Shown here: one piece after another, positions 43,795 to 58,375 of the stretch
Position numbering within the stretch: the stretch's first letter is position 1
Layout: every line of letters begins with the position of its first letter
DNA from: Felis catus
Taxonomy: Eukaryota
DNA: 64,000 nucleotides
Assembly (NCBI RefSeq): GCF_018350175.1
Contig: NC_058368.1
Span: 82,152,001-82,216,000, forward strand
Direction: 5' to 3'
The notes under the pieces: generated by a model
What the model was told of the DNA's origin: nothing
What the model saw: the letters and a program-made list of their open reading frames with translations, nothing else
The model's database searches: none
Translations under genes and position numbers: made by a program

Positions 43795-46410
43795 GCTTCC
43801 TACTGCAAACAGCCTCCAAAACACGAGTCTCTGGAATATTCATGGAGAAAGAAAGACCTTTTTAAACTTTAATCGGGGACTTAGACTCTAATTGACAACA
43901 TCCTGGAAACCACTTGGAATTACAAGTGCACTTGGGTGTGGACTTCGGCGGAAGGAAGTGGGCTGGAGGAGAGCAGTGCCCCACCCCTCCCCCACCCCCA
44001 TAGCACTCCTGCCCCACACTACGGCCAGGTATCCCCCAACCCAACGCAGGCAGCACCCCACCACCTCTGCGCCCCCACCCAGCTCCACTCCTGCGAAGGC
44101 AGGAAACAGGTCAAGCTGGAACAAAAGAGGGGGGCTGGCTGAGCCCTGCCTAAATCCCGGACACCAAGGATCATGAAGAATATACAATGACTGTTGCCTG
44201 AAGCCACTGAGTTTTAAGGTACTTTGCTATAAAGTGGGTCTGGGGAACAATCTGAGAATCCGCAGTCCTGACAAGCTCCCAAGTGACACCAAGTTGCTGG
44301 TCTGCAGACCGTGCATTGCAAGGACTTGAGGTCAAACCTAACTCAGTGCCAGAGGTGGACAGGAAGGCGGCTCTTAGATCAAGAGGAGAATCACCTGGGA
44401 CCTAAGTCCCCTTGGGCGGAGAAAGGGGGATCACAGGATGGGGCAGAGGCCATAGATGCTGATGAGCTCTTTCCCCCAAGACAGACTTGATTTGGGGGAG
44501 AGCATGCCTGGAGCACTGGTCCCAGAGGCCAGCGCCCAGGCATCGCCAGTAACAATCACTGGGCTGTAGAGAAAGGAAAGGAATCTGGAGGGTGTCTGAG
44601 GCAGGACGATCCTCAGACATTGATTCAACAATTTGAGGCCAGAAGAAAGCGGGGGGGGCACAGTTAAGACCTTCTGCCCAGAAGACCTGCTCACTCCAGC
44701 ACACAGGGTGGGACCTCCCTGTGGACCCACGGGGAGGGAGGCCACGCTGCTTCCCATCCAGCGGCACCCAGTAGAGTGTTGGGCACACACGCAGGCTGCT
44801 GTTCCCACACAGCACAGAACCTTCCCAGAAATTCCCAGGACTCTTACTGCTGCCACAAGAGAGGAAACACCATTGTCTTACAGAACACTGAAGATCTGTA
44901 GTCTGGAATTTGAGAACCACTAGCATGAAGCTGTGTTTCTGAACAATCTATAAACAGTGGCTGAATCGGTATGAATGAGCACTGCTACTGACTGGATCAT
45001 GGTCCTGAAACGGCTTTCTCCAGGACCAGAAACCAGGGCTCCCTGGACGAGTGTCGGGTCCCAGGTCTGGGGCCGGTAACATGCGGCTGCCGGCAGCCTG
45101 TCCTGGCAGACAGGCAGGCAACAGCCAAACACTCCTGGGTCACATCAAAGGGATGTGGGTGCCGACCAGAAGAGGATTCCCTGGCCACAGGCTGGACGAT
45201 TATCACTGAGCTTCAAAAAGGGTCAGAACTGCAGTCCACTGGACCCTTCACATGTGATTCAACCCATGAGTTCACAATGATATGAAAGAAATAAACGCTA
45301 ATGGGCCCTTTTCAAAGGATGGTAGGGGGACGGCGCACTGTCCTGACATCTGATAAAGGCACAGAAACAAGTGTTCACCCCACCGGAGCTGGACCACACC
45401 GCTGGGTGCTGAGGCACCACCTCCTAGGATTATTCCACATAACACGTGGAACGAAATGACGGAGTTGGAGCGACACCCCACATCGCCGTCAGGTTGATGG
45501 AGGTGGGCAGTGAGCTGCAGGGACCGCAGCTGGCGTCCCAAACAGAGGACAGCCAGAGGCGCCGTCTGATCCAAGACAGCCCTCAACAGTGACGGTCTCC
45601 CTGAAGGCTGGGACCTTCACGTCACCATGTGCGGTCCAGCGGCTCTGTGTGCCATGACGCACCTGACCTGCCACCTTACGGGGTGTCACGGAGCTAATGA
45701 TGTTTTACACATTTTTCTTAGTTGTCCTAACAGAATAAAAGTAATAACACCACTTATACTGTGAAGTAAACGAGAGGCTGGCACCCTTGCCCTCCCACAG
45801 GCTTGTCACCGAGGGTCACTGCATGCCTCAGAAGCCGCCCTTCTGCGCCACGCTGCCTCCCCTGGCAGCCACTAACCCCGCCGCAGGGGAAACGGCAGTT
45901 AGGGTGGCATTCCTCCAGGTATTTGTCATTCCTGAAACAAAAACGTCTGTGCGCTGCAATAGATCAGACAAAAATAGAGCTGAGGTTGAAAGTGTGGTCA
46001 GGTGCTAGGCCCACAGAGGGTGCGAGGCAGGGGGTGAGGAGGTGAACTCATCTATTGTGTCACAGAGAGAGCAAAATCCAAGGGCTGATGTCATCAAGAC
46101 GGCACCACACACAAGGCAAGACGATGCTCTGATCCACCACCTGTTACAGTGACCTTTACCAAAGTCAGACCATGTCCCACCTAAGGTGACACTCAAGCCT
46201 TAGAGTCTGGTGGGCCTGACCACCAGGTCCCACATCTCCAGGACACGCCATGGCAGCCTCCTGAGAGCAAGAGAGCTTTTCCTGTCCACACACAGGAGCC
46301 ACTGATGGGGCACGTCACTTGACATATGGCACCAACCAGATGAAGCAATCCTACGTGAGGAATCACCATGATTTTGGTCAACATTTGGTACTTTTAAAAA
46401 AATGAGGTGA

Positions 46411-47135
46411 AGGGGGGCACCTGGGTGGCTCAGTCAGTTAAGCGTCTGACTCTTGACTTCAGCTCAGGTTATATATGATCTCATGGTTCGTGAGATCGAG
46501 CCCTATGTTGGGCGCTGAGCTGACAGTGTGGACCCTGCTTGGGATTCTGTCTCTCTCTGCCCCTCCCCTGCTCATGCTCGCTCTATCAAAATAAATAAAC
46601 ATAAAAATAAATAAATAAAACTGATACTATAGTTCACAAATCTGAAAATAAATAAAAAATAAAAAATGAGGGGCGCCTGGGTGGCTCAGTCGGTTCAGCA
46701 TCCAACTTCGGCTCAGGTCATGATCTCACAGTTAGTGAGTTTGAGCCCTGCATTGGGCTCTGTGCTGACAGCTCAGAGCCTGTAGCCTGCTTCCGATTCT
46801 GTGTCTCCCTCTCTGCCCCAACCCCATTTGTGCTCTCTCTCTCTCTCTCTCAAAAATGAATAAACATTAGGGGCGCCTGGGTGGCGCAGTCGGTTAAGCG
46901 TCCGACTTCAGCCAGGTCACGATCTTGCGGTCCGTGAGTTCGAGCCCCGCGTCAGGCTCTGGGCTGATGGCTCGGAGTCTGGAGCCTGTTTCCGATTCTG
47001 TGTCTCCCTCTCTCTCTGCCCCTCCCCCGTTCATGCTCTGTCTCTCTCTGTCCCAAAAATAAATAAAAACGTTGAAAAAAAAAATTAAAAAAAAAAGAAT
47101 AAACATTAAAAAAAATTTTTTTAATTAAAAAAAAC
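46411..47135 (+). mobile_element. Cluster of three nested Can-SINEs
   Basis: Heads at about 46411, 46669 and 46869; TSDs aaaaaaYgaggtgaa and gaataaacatta. Confidence 0.9.
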
Positions 47136-48789
47136 GAGGTGAAAGCATTTGTGCAAAAACAGAACTGAATATTTTAGAGTTTGCAAATTGTGATAGATTT
47201 TGCTCACACAGCAAAATCTTGTTCATACAGTATGAAACAAGAATATTGAGACTGAACGACACAAACTTCACGATGTGGGTCCACTGGGGAGCTCCTGGGC
47301 CCAGGGCCCATGTGAAGGTGGGTCCCAAGTGTCCTGAGAGCATGCAGGTCACAGAACAGGGCAGGGCAGAGGCAAGCACGGCAACCAGAAGGGGACAGTG
47401 GAGCCAAGACGGACTTGACCCTTCGAGGCTTGTCCGACCTTCACCACTCGGGTCCCTGGGAGTGATCTCCACCCATGTCAGGCAGCCCGCCAGGATGTGT
47501 GAACGCAGGGCACAGGAGAGGAGGGGCCCTAAACCTGCCATCGTGGCCTGTCCGCACACCTCTGACATGCACTCCATCCCTCAGCCTGTTTCCCTGTTTA
47601 CAAAACGTGGGCAAGACCACGCGTGGGCAGATGAAAGCACCTGTCTGCCACACGACAGGTGCTTAATAAATGCTAGTTTCCACCTTTCTTTCTGGTCATG
47701 AGATAAAACGTAAGAGCAGCCGCCTACGGCAGAAGCCACACTGGGTGAGGAGGCCGGGCTTGCACCTAGATGTCTGGATAGGGGGCAATGGGGGAGCAGG
47801 GGGAGGCACTGGCGTGTCCATGACCAGCTGTCCCAGCACCACACTCTACCCCTCACCGGTCAGCAATGCTGTAAGCACTCTGATTTTCCCAGGAACAAAA
47901 CACCACGAGCGCAGCTCTCCACTCTGCACCAACATGACCAGAATCACCCTAAATTCTAATGCAGCCAGGGTCCCACTGCCAGTATCTCAATCTCACCTCC
48001 TGGCACCCCTGTGGGGACACCCGGGAAGCTTGTCTCCAGGAGAGGCAGCACCCGGCTGGCAATCACAGCCTGATGTGCTCAAAATGCCCCCAACGCCCAG
48101 GGAGGTTCAGGCGGTAGTGGAGGCCACCCGGCTCCTCCTTCCCTCAGTCGGTTGACCAAGCACGGGCTGGTCCCTTCAAGGGGGTGAGGACAGACACAAC
48201 CCAGCAGGCCTGGCGTCCACTCACTCTTCCACTGCCCACGCTCCACTGTCCCTAACCAGCTCCTGCTTAGGCGGCAGGATCCCTCACCAATGGCAGGCCA
48301 TCTTTCTTCCCATGGCCCCGGCTCTCCGACACACGACAAGGTGGGGACCGTGCAAAGCCTCCACTGCCAGAGGTGGCTCGCTGCTGCCCCTTTACCCAGG
48401 GACAGGCCTGTCTGCTCACCCATTTCCTGGAACAGGAGAAAATACATCCTTAATTTTCCTGGTGGCTCTCCCACTGCCACCTTCCCAAAGTTTTGGCAGA
48501 ACTGTTCAAGTGAGCTCCTGAACGGGGCTCACACAGAGGCCCTTTCTCAGCTCCCAGGGTGGCAGGAGCATGATCCTCGAGGTGGCACACAGGGTGAGAA
48601 AGCCGTTCACAAGGCCAACTAGCCTGGAGACAGAGGGAATCTGATGAGAGACTCATCACAGTGCAAGGTACCAAGAGTAAAAGTGAACAACCACAGCACT
48701 GGAGAAAAACAAGTAAAAAGAAGAAAACCATCTCTGCCATGGGAACAAGCATAGTGCTTATGAAAGATGGCCCCCACCCCCTGCTCTGA

Positions 48790-49352
48790 GATAGGAGGGC
48801 CCAGTCCCTGACACCCCCCCATGGGAGAACTCAGCCCCTGTACCCCCCTCCCATGGGAGGGGCCCAGCCCCTGCACCCCCCATGGGAGAGCCCAGCCCCC
48901 GCAACCCCCTCTTCCAGGACAGAAAGGCCCAGCCCCCGCACCTCCCCTCCATGGGAGAGCCCAGCCCCCGCACCCCCCCTCCCACCTCCTCTGGGACAAG
49001 AGGGCCCAGCCCCAGACACCCTCCATGGTAGAGCCCAGCCCCCACACACCCCCCCATGGGAAGGCCCAGCCCCTGACACCCCCTATGGGAGAGCCGGGTC
49101 CCTGCACCTCCCCCCACCATGGGAGAGCCCAGCCCCTGCACCCTCCCCTCCTCTGGGACAGGAGGGCCCAGCCCCTGACACCCCCTATGGGAGAGCCCAG
49201 TCCCTGCACCTCTCCCCACCATGGGAGAGACCAGCCCCCACACACCCCTTTTCTGGGTCAGGAGGGCCCAGCCCCCACCCGCCCCCACCCCCACCCCCTG
49301 CCATGGGAGAGCCCAGCCCCTGAACCATCCCACCCGCGATGGGAGAGTCCAG
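48790..49352. repeat. Minisatellite, about 30-bp unit (catgggagagcccagcccctgcaccccc-like)
   Basis: Visible tandem units in DCUN1D2 intron 4. Confidence 0.9.
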
Positions 49353-50274
49353 AGCCTCAATCTGCGCCTGCATTTGACCTGCCAACAGGAGTAAGAGACA
49401 GAGGGGAGAAGAACGTTCACTGCTCACACACCTACAGACATGCACAGGTGAAATCAGGCCCCGAAATCAATTGTTTGCAGCGGATTTTTCTATCTGTGGA
49501 TTTTCAAGCCCGTTTTGGTTTCCTTCCTAAAATTGGTTATTTTATAATATTGCTTTTTATGTGTAGGAACTCTTCTTCGAAACATATTCTTGTTTAATCC
49601 CTAAAGACCATGTCAGTCCCCCTCTAAACTTGTAAAACATTTTACTGAACTAAACATGCCTGTTACATTAAACAAATAAATTATATAGCATTTAGGGGGA
49701 AAAAGAAATGAAAATAAGCAGAATAAAACCCTCAGAGAAACCAAACTCACACTAAAAAGTTAAGAATTTTCCAAACAAATTTATATTATAGCAAAACTAT
49801 ATAACTCTGAAATAAACACTAAGATGTAACCCAAGGCACATCAGAATTGTTTTCAAGTAAGGTAACTTCAAATCTCCAGACCAGGACAGGATTTATGTCC
49901 CCTGGCCGGTCCCTACAATACCATCTGCTGGACCACACACCTGGCTGATACAAACATTCTGACTGTTGGTATCAATTGCTGACTTCTCTAACCCATTAGT
50001 CAACTGTTATTAGTATGACAGAATGCGGAGCATTTGCAAGTTACTTTATATTTTGGAGTTTAAATATTTAAGGCCGGAAGTGGCGACTGACTAGGGGCTG
50101 AGTGCAAGTGCAGGTGGTACCAGGTGGCCCGCGTGGCCGTGGCACGCCCAGTGGTCAGAAGGCACCAAGGCAGGAACAGGGACCCTGTCGCAGCAGGACT
50201 GTCACCTGGCAGGTCCTGCCCACTTTTAGTCTCATGAAGATGTGGCTTCTTATGAATCTGGATTTTATACTCAC

Positions 50275-50405
50275 CTAAGCCCTTCTGCCCGGGGTTCTTA
50301 GCAAAGGTGAAGGTAAACTGATAAAAATCCTTAAACTTCGCCGTGTCCTTCAGTTCCTGCTCCAGCCTCGGCAGAAGGGCCCTCAGCTTCTCCGTGCTGT
50401 CACAC
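50275..50405 (-). CDS. DCUN1D2: DCUN1D2 exon 4 (131 nt; [20 protein letters not shown]...AKNPGQKGL)
   Basis: ggcag| acceptor, TAG|GTGAG donor, in frame. Confidence 0.97.
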
Positions 50406-51961
50406 CTGCCGAGAGACAGTGCTGTTGTGGCGGGACAAGCGCCTGACCAGCCTGGCCGCTCCCTATGGCCTGCGGGCCCCCTTCTCTAGCTAAAAGGATT
50501 CCGGTGCTCCAGAACGGATGGTGGTGGTGGCTGCACGGTGCCGTGAAGACGCCAAAACCAGACTTGTGGACTTTGAGTGGGCGAATTCTGGCCCTGGGGT
50601 CGCCTCCTTACGGCCAGGCTCGTCCACATAGGACAAAACACAACTCCACTGCTCGAGAGTCGGGCTTTCCGGGCGTGGGGTGGGGGTGGGGGGGGAAGGG
50701 GCAAGTGGGTGAAGGGATGGCACACACTTACTGTGATGAGCACGGAGGAACGCACAGAACTGCTAAGTCTGTGCACTTAGCATAGCGCTACTACTGTGCG
50801 CCTGACACTAGCATAGCGCTACATTAATTACGCTGGAATTTAAAACATACATTTGCTGAAAATGAATTAAAACATTGATCTTCCTCCAAAAAGTCAACCT
50901 CCTTTAAGAATATTAAAAAGCCTTAAAACCAGAAATCTAGAATAGCAAAACATAAAATTTGTCTTATTTTGACAACCCAGCAAGAAGATCGCAACAGCCC
51001 TTGCTTCACCAATGCCGCAGCAGAGCCCTAGGGCTTGGGAGCGAGCAGGGGAAGCCCTGCCTCAGTGGCCACCTGCGCGGTGACACAGAGGTGAGGCGTA
51101 CAGCTCCAGGGACCCACACCAAGGCTGGCGTGCTCCCCACCTCAGGCCTCTTCTCTATGGGGCCACTCCGTGCCCTCCTGTGTGCCTGCATCACTCCAAG
51201 CAAGCACTCCCTGATGGTCAGTTGCCCCATTTTTGAACTTTGTAAATGGGAGCGCATGTCTGGCTTTTGTGTCTGGCTTTCTGTGTTGACGCTGTGTCTG
51301 CAGGTTCACTTGTGCTGGCGTGTAGCTCACATTGAGTCATTTTCGTTACCATGTAGCATTCCACTGTATTCATGCTTTATGATTTATATGTTCTGCCAAT
51401 GAGAAATCCTCTGGCTATCTCTAGTTTTCTGGTAACAAAGGTTGTTAAGAACATTTCTATACATGTATCCAGGCACACAAGTAAATGTGTTAGGTTAGGC
51501 ACAAGACCAAGTGGGCCAGCTGGGTCACCGAATCTCCAGTGTTGTGATATCAAACTGTTTTCTACAGAGACTGCCCCATGTCAACCCCCTGCCAGCAGTA
51601 TACGAGAGTTCCTGTTCCTCCCGTTTTCAGTGATACAACTGTGTCTTATTTTAGCCATTCCACAGATTAAGTTCATCGTAATTTAACCTGTACTTCCTCA
51701 GTGAACAACATTGCACACCTTGTATTTTGACTGGCTATTTGGAGATGCTTTTTTGTGAAGTGCCAGTTCAAGTCTCCTGCCCGTTTTCAATTAGGTATCC
51801 TTTTCTTATTGTTTTGCAGGCTTTCTTTATATATGAACGACATAAGCTTTGGTCAGCTAAGCAGTCTACCCCAATGTGGACTGCATTTTCCCTTCTTGAT
51901 GATCGGAATTCTTATTTTTAGTATAATACACTGCCAGTCTTCTTCACGGTGTTTTTTATAA

Positions 51962-52032
51962 AATTTTTTAAATGTTTATTTTTGAGAGAGAGAGAGACAG
52001 AGAGACAGAGAGAGCATGTGAGTGGGGGAGGG

Positions 52033-52070
<38 letters not shown>

Positions 52071-52230
52071 AGGGGAGGGGCAAAGAGAGAGAGGGAGACA
52101 CAGAATCTGAAGCAGGCTCCAGGCTCCAAGCTGTCAGCACAGAGCCCAATGCAGGGCTCGAACTCAGGAACCATGAGATCATGACCTAAGCCAAAGTCAG
52201 AGGCCTAACTGACTGAGTCACCCAGGTGCC
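51962..52230 (-). mobile_element. Can-SINE with expanded (GA)n tract
   Basis: Antisense SINEC body. Confidence 0.88.
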
Positions 52231-53249
52231 ACAGGTTTGTGGTTTTTTGTTTTTTTTTTAATGTGTTCAAACTTCCCCCACTGCATGGTCATATTCTCCT
52301 ACATGATTTTTCTAGAGGCTTCTGGCTTTTGCCTTTAGCCTTTCACACTGACATCTACGATCCACTTGGAACTGATTTTTTATGTACGTTGTGAGGTAAG
52401 GATCAAGGTAAGTTCTTCTCCATGTGCCAATTCTCCCAGAACCATTTACTGAAAAGATGTCCTTTCTTCACGTCTTTGAAGGCTGCCTTTGCCATAAATC
52501 AAATGTACCTTAACACATGGGTTTGTTTCTTGGCTCCCATTCTGTTCCACTGGTCTACTGATCTCAGTAGTAGTGCCAAGTAGTCTTAATTACTGTAGCT
52601 TGAAAAGTCCTAATTATCTGAGAGAACAGATCTTCCCCTTTTGTTTTTTAAGAACTTTTGGCTGTTCTTGACTGTGCATTTTCATATAAATTTTAAATCC
52701 ATTTGTCAAACTACACATATATAAAAACTACTACTTACTGTGGTTTTGATTGAGATCACATTAAATATGTAAATTTAGGGACAAAATACTGACTGTTCCA
52801 ACCTATAATGAGGTTTATATCTCTACTCAGGCTTCTTGCCTCTTCTTAAGTTATTTTCTCTGTGGAGGTAGCACACATCTTTAATTAGATTTGTCCTAGG
52901 TGTTTTTTATTACTGATACTATTGAAAATGACATATATTTTAAAAATTCACTTTGTTTTATTGAACTGTTGCATTCAGTATTCTAAAATAAGATTGATTT
53001 TTGTTTGTTGATCTTGGGTCCTACAGTCTGGCTAAACTCACTTATTGACTCTAATATTTCACCTGTGGATCAGACTAGCTACCACCACCTGTTCAATGCT
53101 TAATAAAAGTAGGCATTCATGTTCCAGTTAAGTATAAGATTTCCTCTAGGATTTGGCAGAACGGGGGTGGAGGGGTCAGATTAAGTACTGTCCCTTCTAT
53201 TCTTGGTTTGCTGTAAGTTCTTTTTCAAAACATTATGAACAGAATTGAA

Positions 53250-53888
53250 TTTTTTTTAACGTTTACTTTTGAGAGAGAGAGACACAGACAGACAGAATCT
53301 GAAGCAGGTTCCAGGCTCTGAGCTGTCAGCACAGAGCCCTATGTGGGGCTTGAACTCATGAATTGTGAGATCATGACCTGAGCTGAAGTTGGATGCTTAA
53401 CTGAGCCTCCCAAGCCACCCAGAATTGATTTTTTTTTTTAATGCTTATTTATTTACTTTGAGAGAGAGTGTGAGCCAGAGAGAGAGCACAAGCAGGGCAG
53501 AGTGGGAGGGAGACAGAGAATCCCAGGCAGGCTCCACACTATCAGCACAGCGCCTGACACAGGGGTCGAACTCACAAACTGTGAGACTGGGACCTGAGCC
53601 TAAATCAAGAGTCGGACACTTAACCAACTGAGCCACCCAGGCGTCCCTGAATGAAATTGAATTTTATCAAACCCATTCTTTAAAATTATTTTTTAAAATG
53701 CTTATTCATTTATTTTGAAAGAAAGTGCATGCACAAGCTGGAAAGGGGCAGAGAGGGAGAGGGAATCCCAAGCAGGTTCTATGCTCAGTGTGGAGCCTGA
53801 CGTGGGGCTCAATCTCCCAACTGTGAGATCATTACCTGGGCTGAAATCAAGAGTTGGACATTTACAGACTGAGCCACATAGGTGCCCC
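53250..53888 (-). mobile_element. Three adjacent Can-SINEs
   Basis: Three antisense SINEC bodies inside L1-like sequence. Confidence 0.85.
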
Positions 53889-56800
53889 TTATCAAAGTTA
53901 TTTTATGCACTGAGATAATCCCCCCTTTTCTGTTGTTGTGATAAATTACATTGGCTTTGTAATGTTAAACAAATCTCACAATCCCAGACTATAACAAACT
54001 TTGTCATGATAAATAATCCTGGTTTTTTGGTTGATTTGTTTTGGGGGCTGGATTTAGTTTGCTAATAATTTGTCTAAGATTTTTGCGTGTTATGCATCTT
54101 TTGATTCCTATGACTGAGAGTGGACAATAATTTTTCATTCTCAAAATATCCTTTTGTGCTTGCTTCAGCAGCACTAAAATATCCTTTGCTATCCAGGTTG
54201 TGCTGGCCTCAAAACAAATTGGAAAGAGTTTCTTCCTGTACAATTCTCTAAAGAGGCTGTGTAGAGTTGGCACTGTTCTCTTTATTAAATGTTTTGTAAG
54301 ATGTGCGCCAATCGAGGCCAAGAGTTTTTTCTCTTTGAGAAGATTTAAAATTATGAGTTCACATTCTTTAAAAGAGTTATGGAACTATTTATATGTCCAT
54401 TTCAGCAAGTCACATTTTTAAGAGAATTTTTCTTTGGCATCCAGGTTTTCACGTTTACTAGCATAGAGTTGTTCATAATACACTCTTCACCTTTAACATC
54501 TGTAGGGTCTATAGTGATGTCTCTCTTTTCATGCCATATTGTTTATTTGTTCCTCACTACTTTTATAAGTCTTTTCAAACAGCAAGCTTCTGGCTTGTTT
54601 TCTGGCTTGATTCTTTCTATTGACAACTTCTTTTCTATTTCCTGAAATCACTGCCTGTTTAAAAAAGTAATTCCTTCTCTCTACATTCTTTGAGTTTAGT
54701 TTCCTGCTTTTCCTTTTTGAGATAGATACTTTGCTTACTGATTTTTAACTCTTCTTTCCAAAATATACTTTTAAGAAGCTGAATCCTGCAAGTTTTCATA
54801 TGTAGTGTTGTCATCATTCAACATACTTTCTAATTTCCATGGTAACTTCTTTCTAATCCAAAAGCTATATCCACATGTATTTCAACTGACTGAGTTATCC
54901 TTTTGTTATATTTCTACCTTAATTGTGTTATGGACTAAAAATACACTCTATCACTTCAATCCTTTGAAATTTGTTGCAACTTCTTTTATGCCTCAGTTTG
55001 TGGTCAACACTTACAAATGGTCTACTTGTCTTCTAAAAAGAGTACATATTCTTCAACATCAAAGGGTATATTCTAAATATGTCCATCAGGTCACTTGTTG
55101 TGTTGCCCAAATGTCCTATTTCCTTACTGATTTTTCATCTGCTCTTTTCATCTGGTAAGATGTGTGTGAGAATTCCCCATTGTGATTGTAGATAGATTTC
55201 TCTTTTTAGTGTTTATTTTTGCTTTAAATAATCTATTGCCTTCCATGTGAAATAAACCCTTCCTCATTATGAAATGTCCTTCACTATCTCTAGAATTATT
55301 CTTTGTCTTAAAGCTTATTTTAACATTAACATACCCACACCAATTTGTTTTGGTTAATGTTTGCAAATTACATCAACCTCTACCCCTCAAATTGTTCTGT
55401 GCCCTTATGTTTTAATCATACCTACTGTAAACAGTGTACACAGTGGTTGAATTGATGTTCTACAACCCACCCAATACTTAGTTCACTTACACTAAATTAA
55501 TTATGGAAATGCCAACACATTTTGCTTTCAATCCTCCATTTTATCACGCGCTCGCTATTTGTCCTACATTAAGTAATTTTCTTTGTGTTCTTTTTTCCCC
55601 ACATTCTTTTAGATTGAATTTATTACTTTCTTCTTGCTCCATCATTTAGGAATCACATATAAGTCACGTCCTCTACCATTTTTATCATGACTGTAACATA
55701 CACAAAGAAAGCAAGTATTTCTCCCACCGTTTTGTCTTTTTAACACTATCTTTCATTAAGCAGAGCTCTTACCTGTGACGAAGTCCAATTTATCAGTTTT
55801 TTTGCTTTGATGGCTAGTGCTTTTCACATCTTCTCTAAGACAATGTCCCTTAATCTGGGTCTTAACAAAGAGCTTCTCCCGTGATTTGTCTAGAATTCAC
55901 AATTCTAAGTTTCCTGCATGGGCATGTAAGCCCCCGTCCACCTCAAGACATGGCCTGTGGCCTGATGCGGGCCCCAGGGAGACGTGGTCTCAGGCTGACC
56001 TGGCTATTTCAGCATCAGTCATGGAACACTCTTCTTTCCCTGCTGATGTAATAAAAATTGACCAACAATCTTGAGGCAGATGAAAAATAAGAAGACTTCA
56101 TTAGTTCCTTTCAAGACTTACCTAATGCCACAATAATGAACACTATGTGCTTCAAGGTTAAGGATAAACAGACCCACAAAATATGACAGCGAGTCCAGAA
56201 ATAGATCCACAGTATGGCCAATTTCTTGTTTTGACAAAGATGTCAGGGGATTTCATGACGTTCACAAAGCACATTTACCAAGCCTCCAGCCCCCGATGAA
56301 AGGCTGTAGGGTTAACAGCTAGAGGCCAAGTGTTCTAGCCACCGGGAGAGTTAATAGCCAGGAAAAAGTGTGAAAAACAGTAATAGAGCGGATCAAAAAC
56401 CCAAACCCAAAGTGCTTTTTAAAACTTAGTGCTGCTCAGACTACAATAGCCTTTTACATCCCTAAAAGCACTGAGGTTATCTCTGCAGTACAGGTGGCTG
56501 TCACATCACTAATACTTCCATCTCATAGACGGCACTTGAATGCTGAGTACTTTCCCTTGTAACCACTCTGTGAGATGTGATGAGTGGCACCATCGGCCAG
56601 CACTGACTTATAACCTCAAGTCACCTGTATCCACCGCATAAGGAGGCATGAACTCATCTAACACTTTGGGAAGATTCACACTCAAAATCTTTAAAATAGG
56701 TTCTTTAAGATATAGCACGTATTAGGATAACAAACAGGAATTTTAAAAGTTCATCTAACACATTTCTAGATAATGCTTAAGAAATGCTAGCAAGTGTTTC

Positions 56801-57838
56801 TGTAAGAAGCACTTATTTCCAAAGTATCCTATTTGGGGGAGGTTTTAGCAGATGGATGAGTGTAGTACAGCGGCAAGAGAATGCTTCTTTAGTGTGGCTT
56901 TTCCATTTTCTTGAGTGCACAGAACATGGAGTGATATGCTGTCACAACCACTGTCCCAGTGATGTCTTCTGCTGGCTTTTACACAACCGCCAGCAATAGG
57001 GTAAGTCCTGTAGAGTTTATCATCGAAACAGACCAGGCCGATAAATGTAACAGATTCATCAGCTTAGTGGAAAACACAAATGTTCCATTTTCCCTGGGGC
57101 CCCGGGGTTAGCTGTAAGTATGCACCTTATGAACAAATGCTCTGTTTTTCCCCAGGGATGTGGGAAGTATGCACCTTCTGAACATATTCACCTTGGGCTG
57201 TCAAGCTCCTTCAGCAACTAAAAATAAGCCAGCTTAAGTTGTCAACACTACAATGTCACAGTATCAGCAAGTCAAGAGAGTTAGCCTTCATACCAACCCA
57301 CGAAATAGCTCAATAAGCCTAATGATTAAACGATATTTACGTTATGTGCTTTCATTTAATTGTCTGACTTATCTGATAAGTGAGAACCATCTTAAGTTAT
57401 TAATGAAGCCTTTATCCTAACCCCGGAGGTAGAACAGAGAAGTGTTATAAGCAAAAAACAAAATAATAATTTATTGATATTTACTATAGAAACACAATAA
57501 ATTATACAATTAGTATACAATATTACGAAATAAATTCAATGGCTGAAAACAAACAAAAACACCCTGATAGTTACTGTCAATTCAAAACTGGTAGGATAAA
57601 AATTAAAAAGAAAAAAGTAAGTTACAAAAGGGATTAATCTGAACAAAAATATTAAGTGAAACTTTATTTGAATTTAAAGGAAACTAAAGGCTTAATAGAG
57701 TACAGGTACAAGAAATGTGTAAGATACACACAGAACGTAAATGAATTTGAAACTAATATTTACAAGCTGTTGAAAAATAACTAATGTTGAAGGCAGCTTC
57801 CTTTTTGCAAGAATTTAAACTGAGACCAACTTACTTAC

Positions 57839-58007
57839 CCGAGCTCTGTCATGCCATCTACAAATTCCTTTTTGGTAAATTCACATTGCGTCGCTGCCCT
57901 GAATTTCCACGCAATGACCAAAACGCTGACGCTGGCAGGATCCAGGCTTAAGTCATCACAAAACTGTTGAATCCCGTCAATTCCAATTTTATTTTCATCT
58001 TGTGGGT
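57839..58007 (-). CDS. DCUN1D2: DCUN1D2 exon 3 (169 nt; [20 protein letters not shown]...GMTELG)
   Basis: tgtag| acceptor, GG|GTAAGT donor, DCN1 PONY domain sequence. Confidence 0.97.
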
Positions 58008-58375
58008 CTACAGTTAAAATCAAGAGAGAGAGAGAGAAGTTATGCTATTTTGAAAAATAACAAAAATGGGGGGTAAGCATCATAGCTCTATGAGATGGCT
58101 CTACCAAGCATGTTTCAAATACATCAATCAATAGACCACAATTTTCTACTGTATACGAAATAGCAACAAATGGTAATTTATCCAGAAAAAAAAAAATCCC
58201 TATTTAAAAAATCTAGGTACTGGAGTTTAGGAGAAGAAAAAAAAGACCATTGCAACCTCTTTGAGAAGATGTCATCGTTAAGAAAAAATTTAATTTCCAT
58301 AAAGAAAACAAAAACTCAAAGTTTACACAATTCTAGTTTGCCCAAAGACAAACTGCTACACAGAAATACTGCATT

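Larger units (their letters stand above)
51230..56250 (-). mobile_element. Old fragmented LINE-1 (L1M-like) sequence
   Basis: Antisense L1-like phrases (accatttactgaaaaga, gtcttaattactgtagct, ttttgattgagatcacattaaat); boundaries approximate. Confidence 0.65.

Noticed and set aside
48619..49597. Overlapping 150-260-aa ORFs on both strands
   Set aside because: Products of the 30-bp minisatellite
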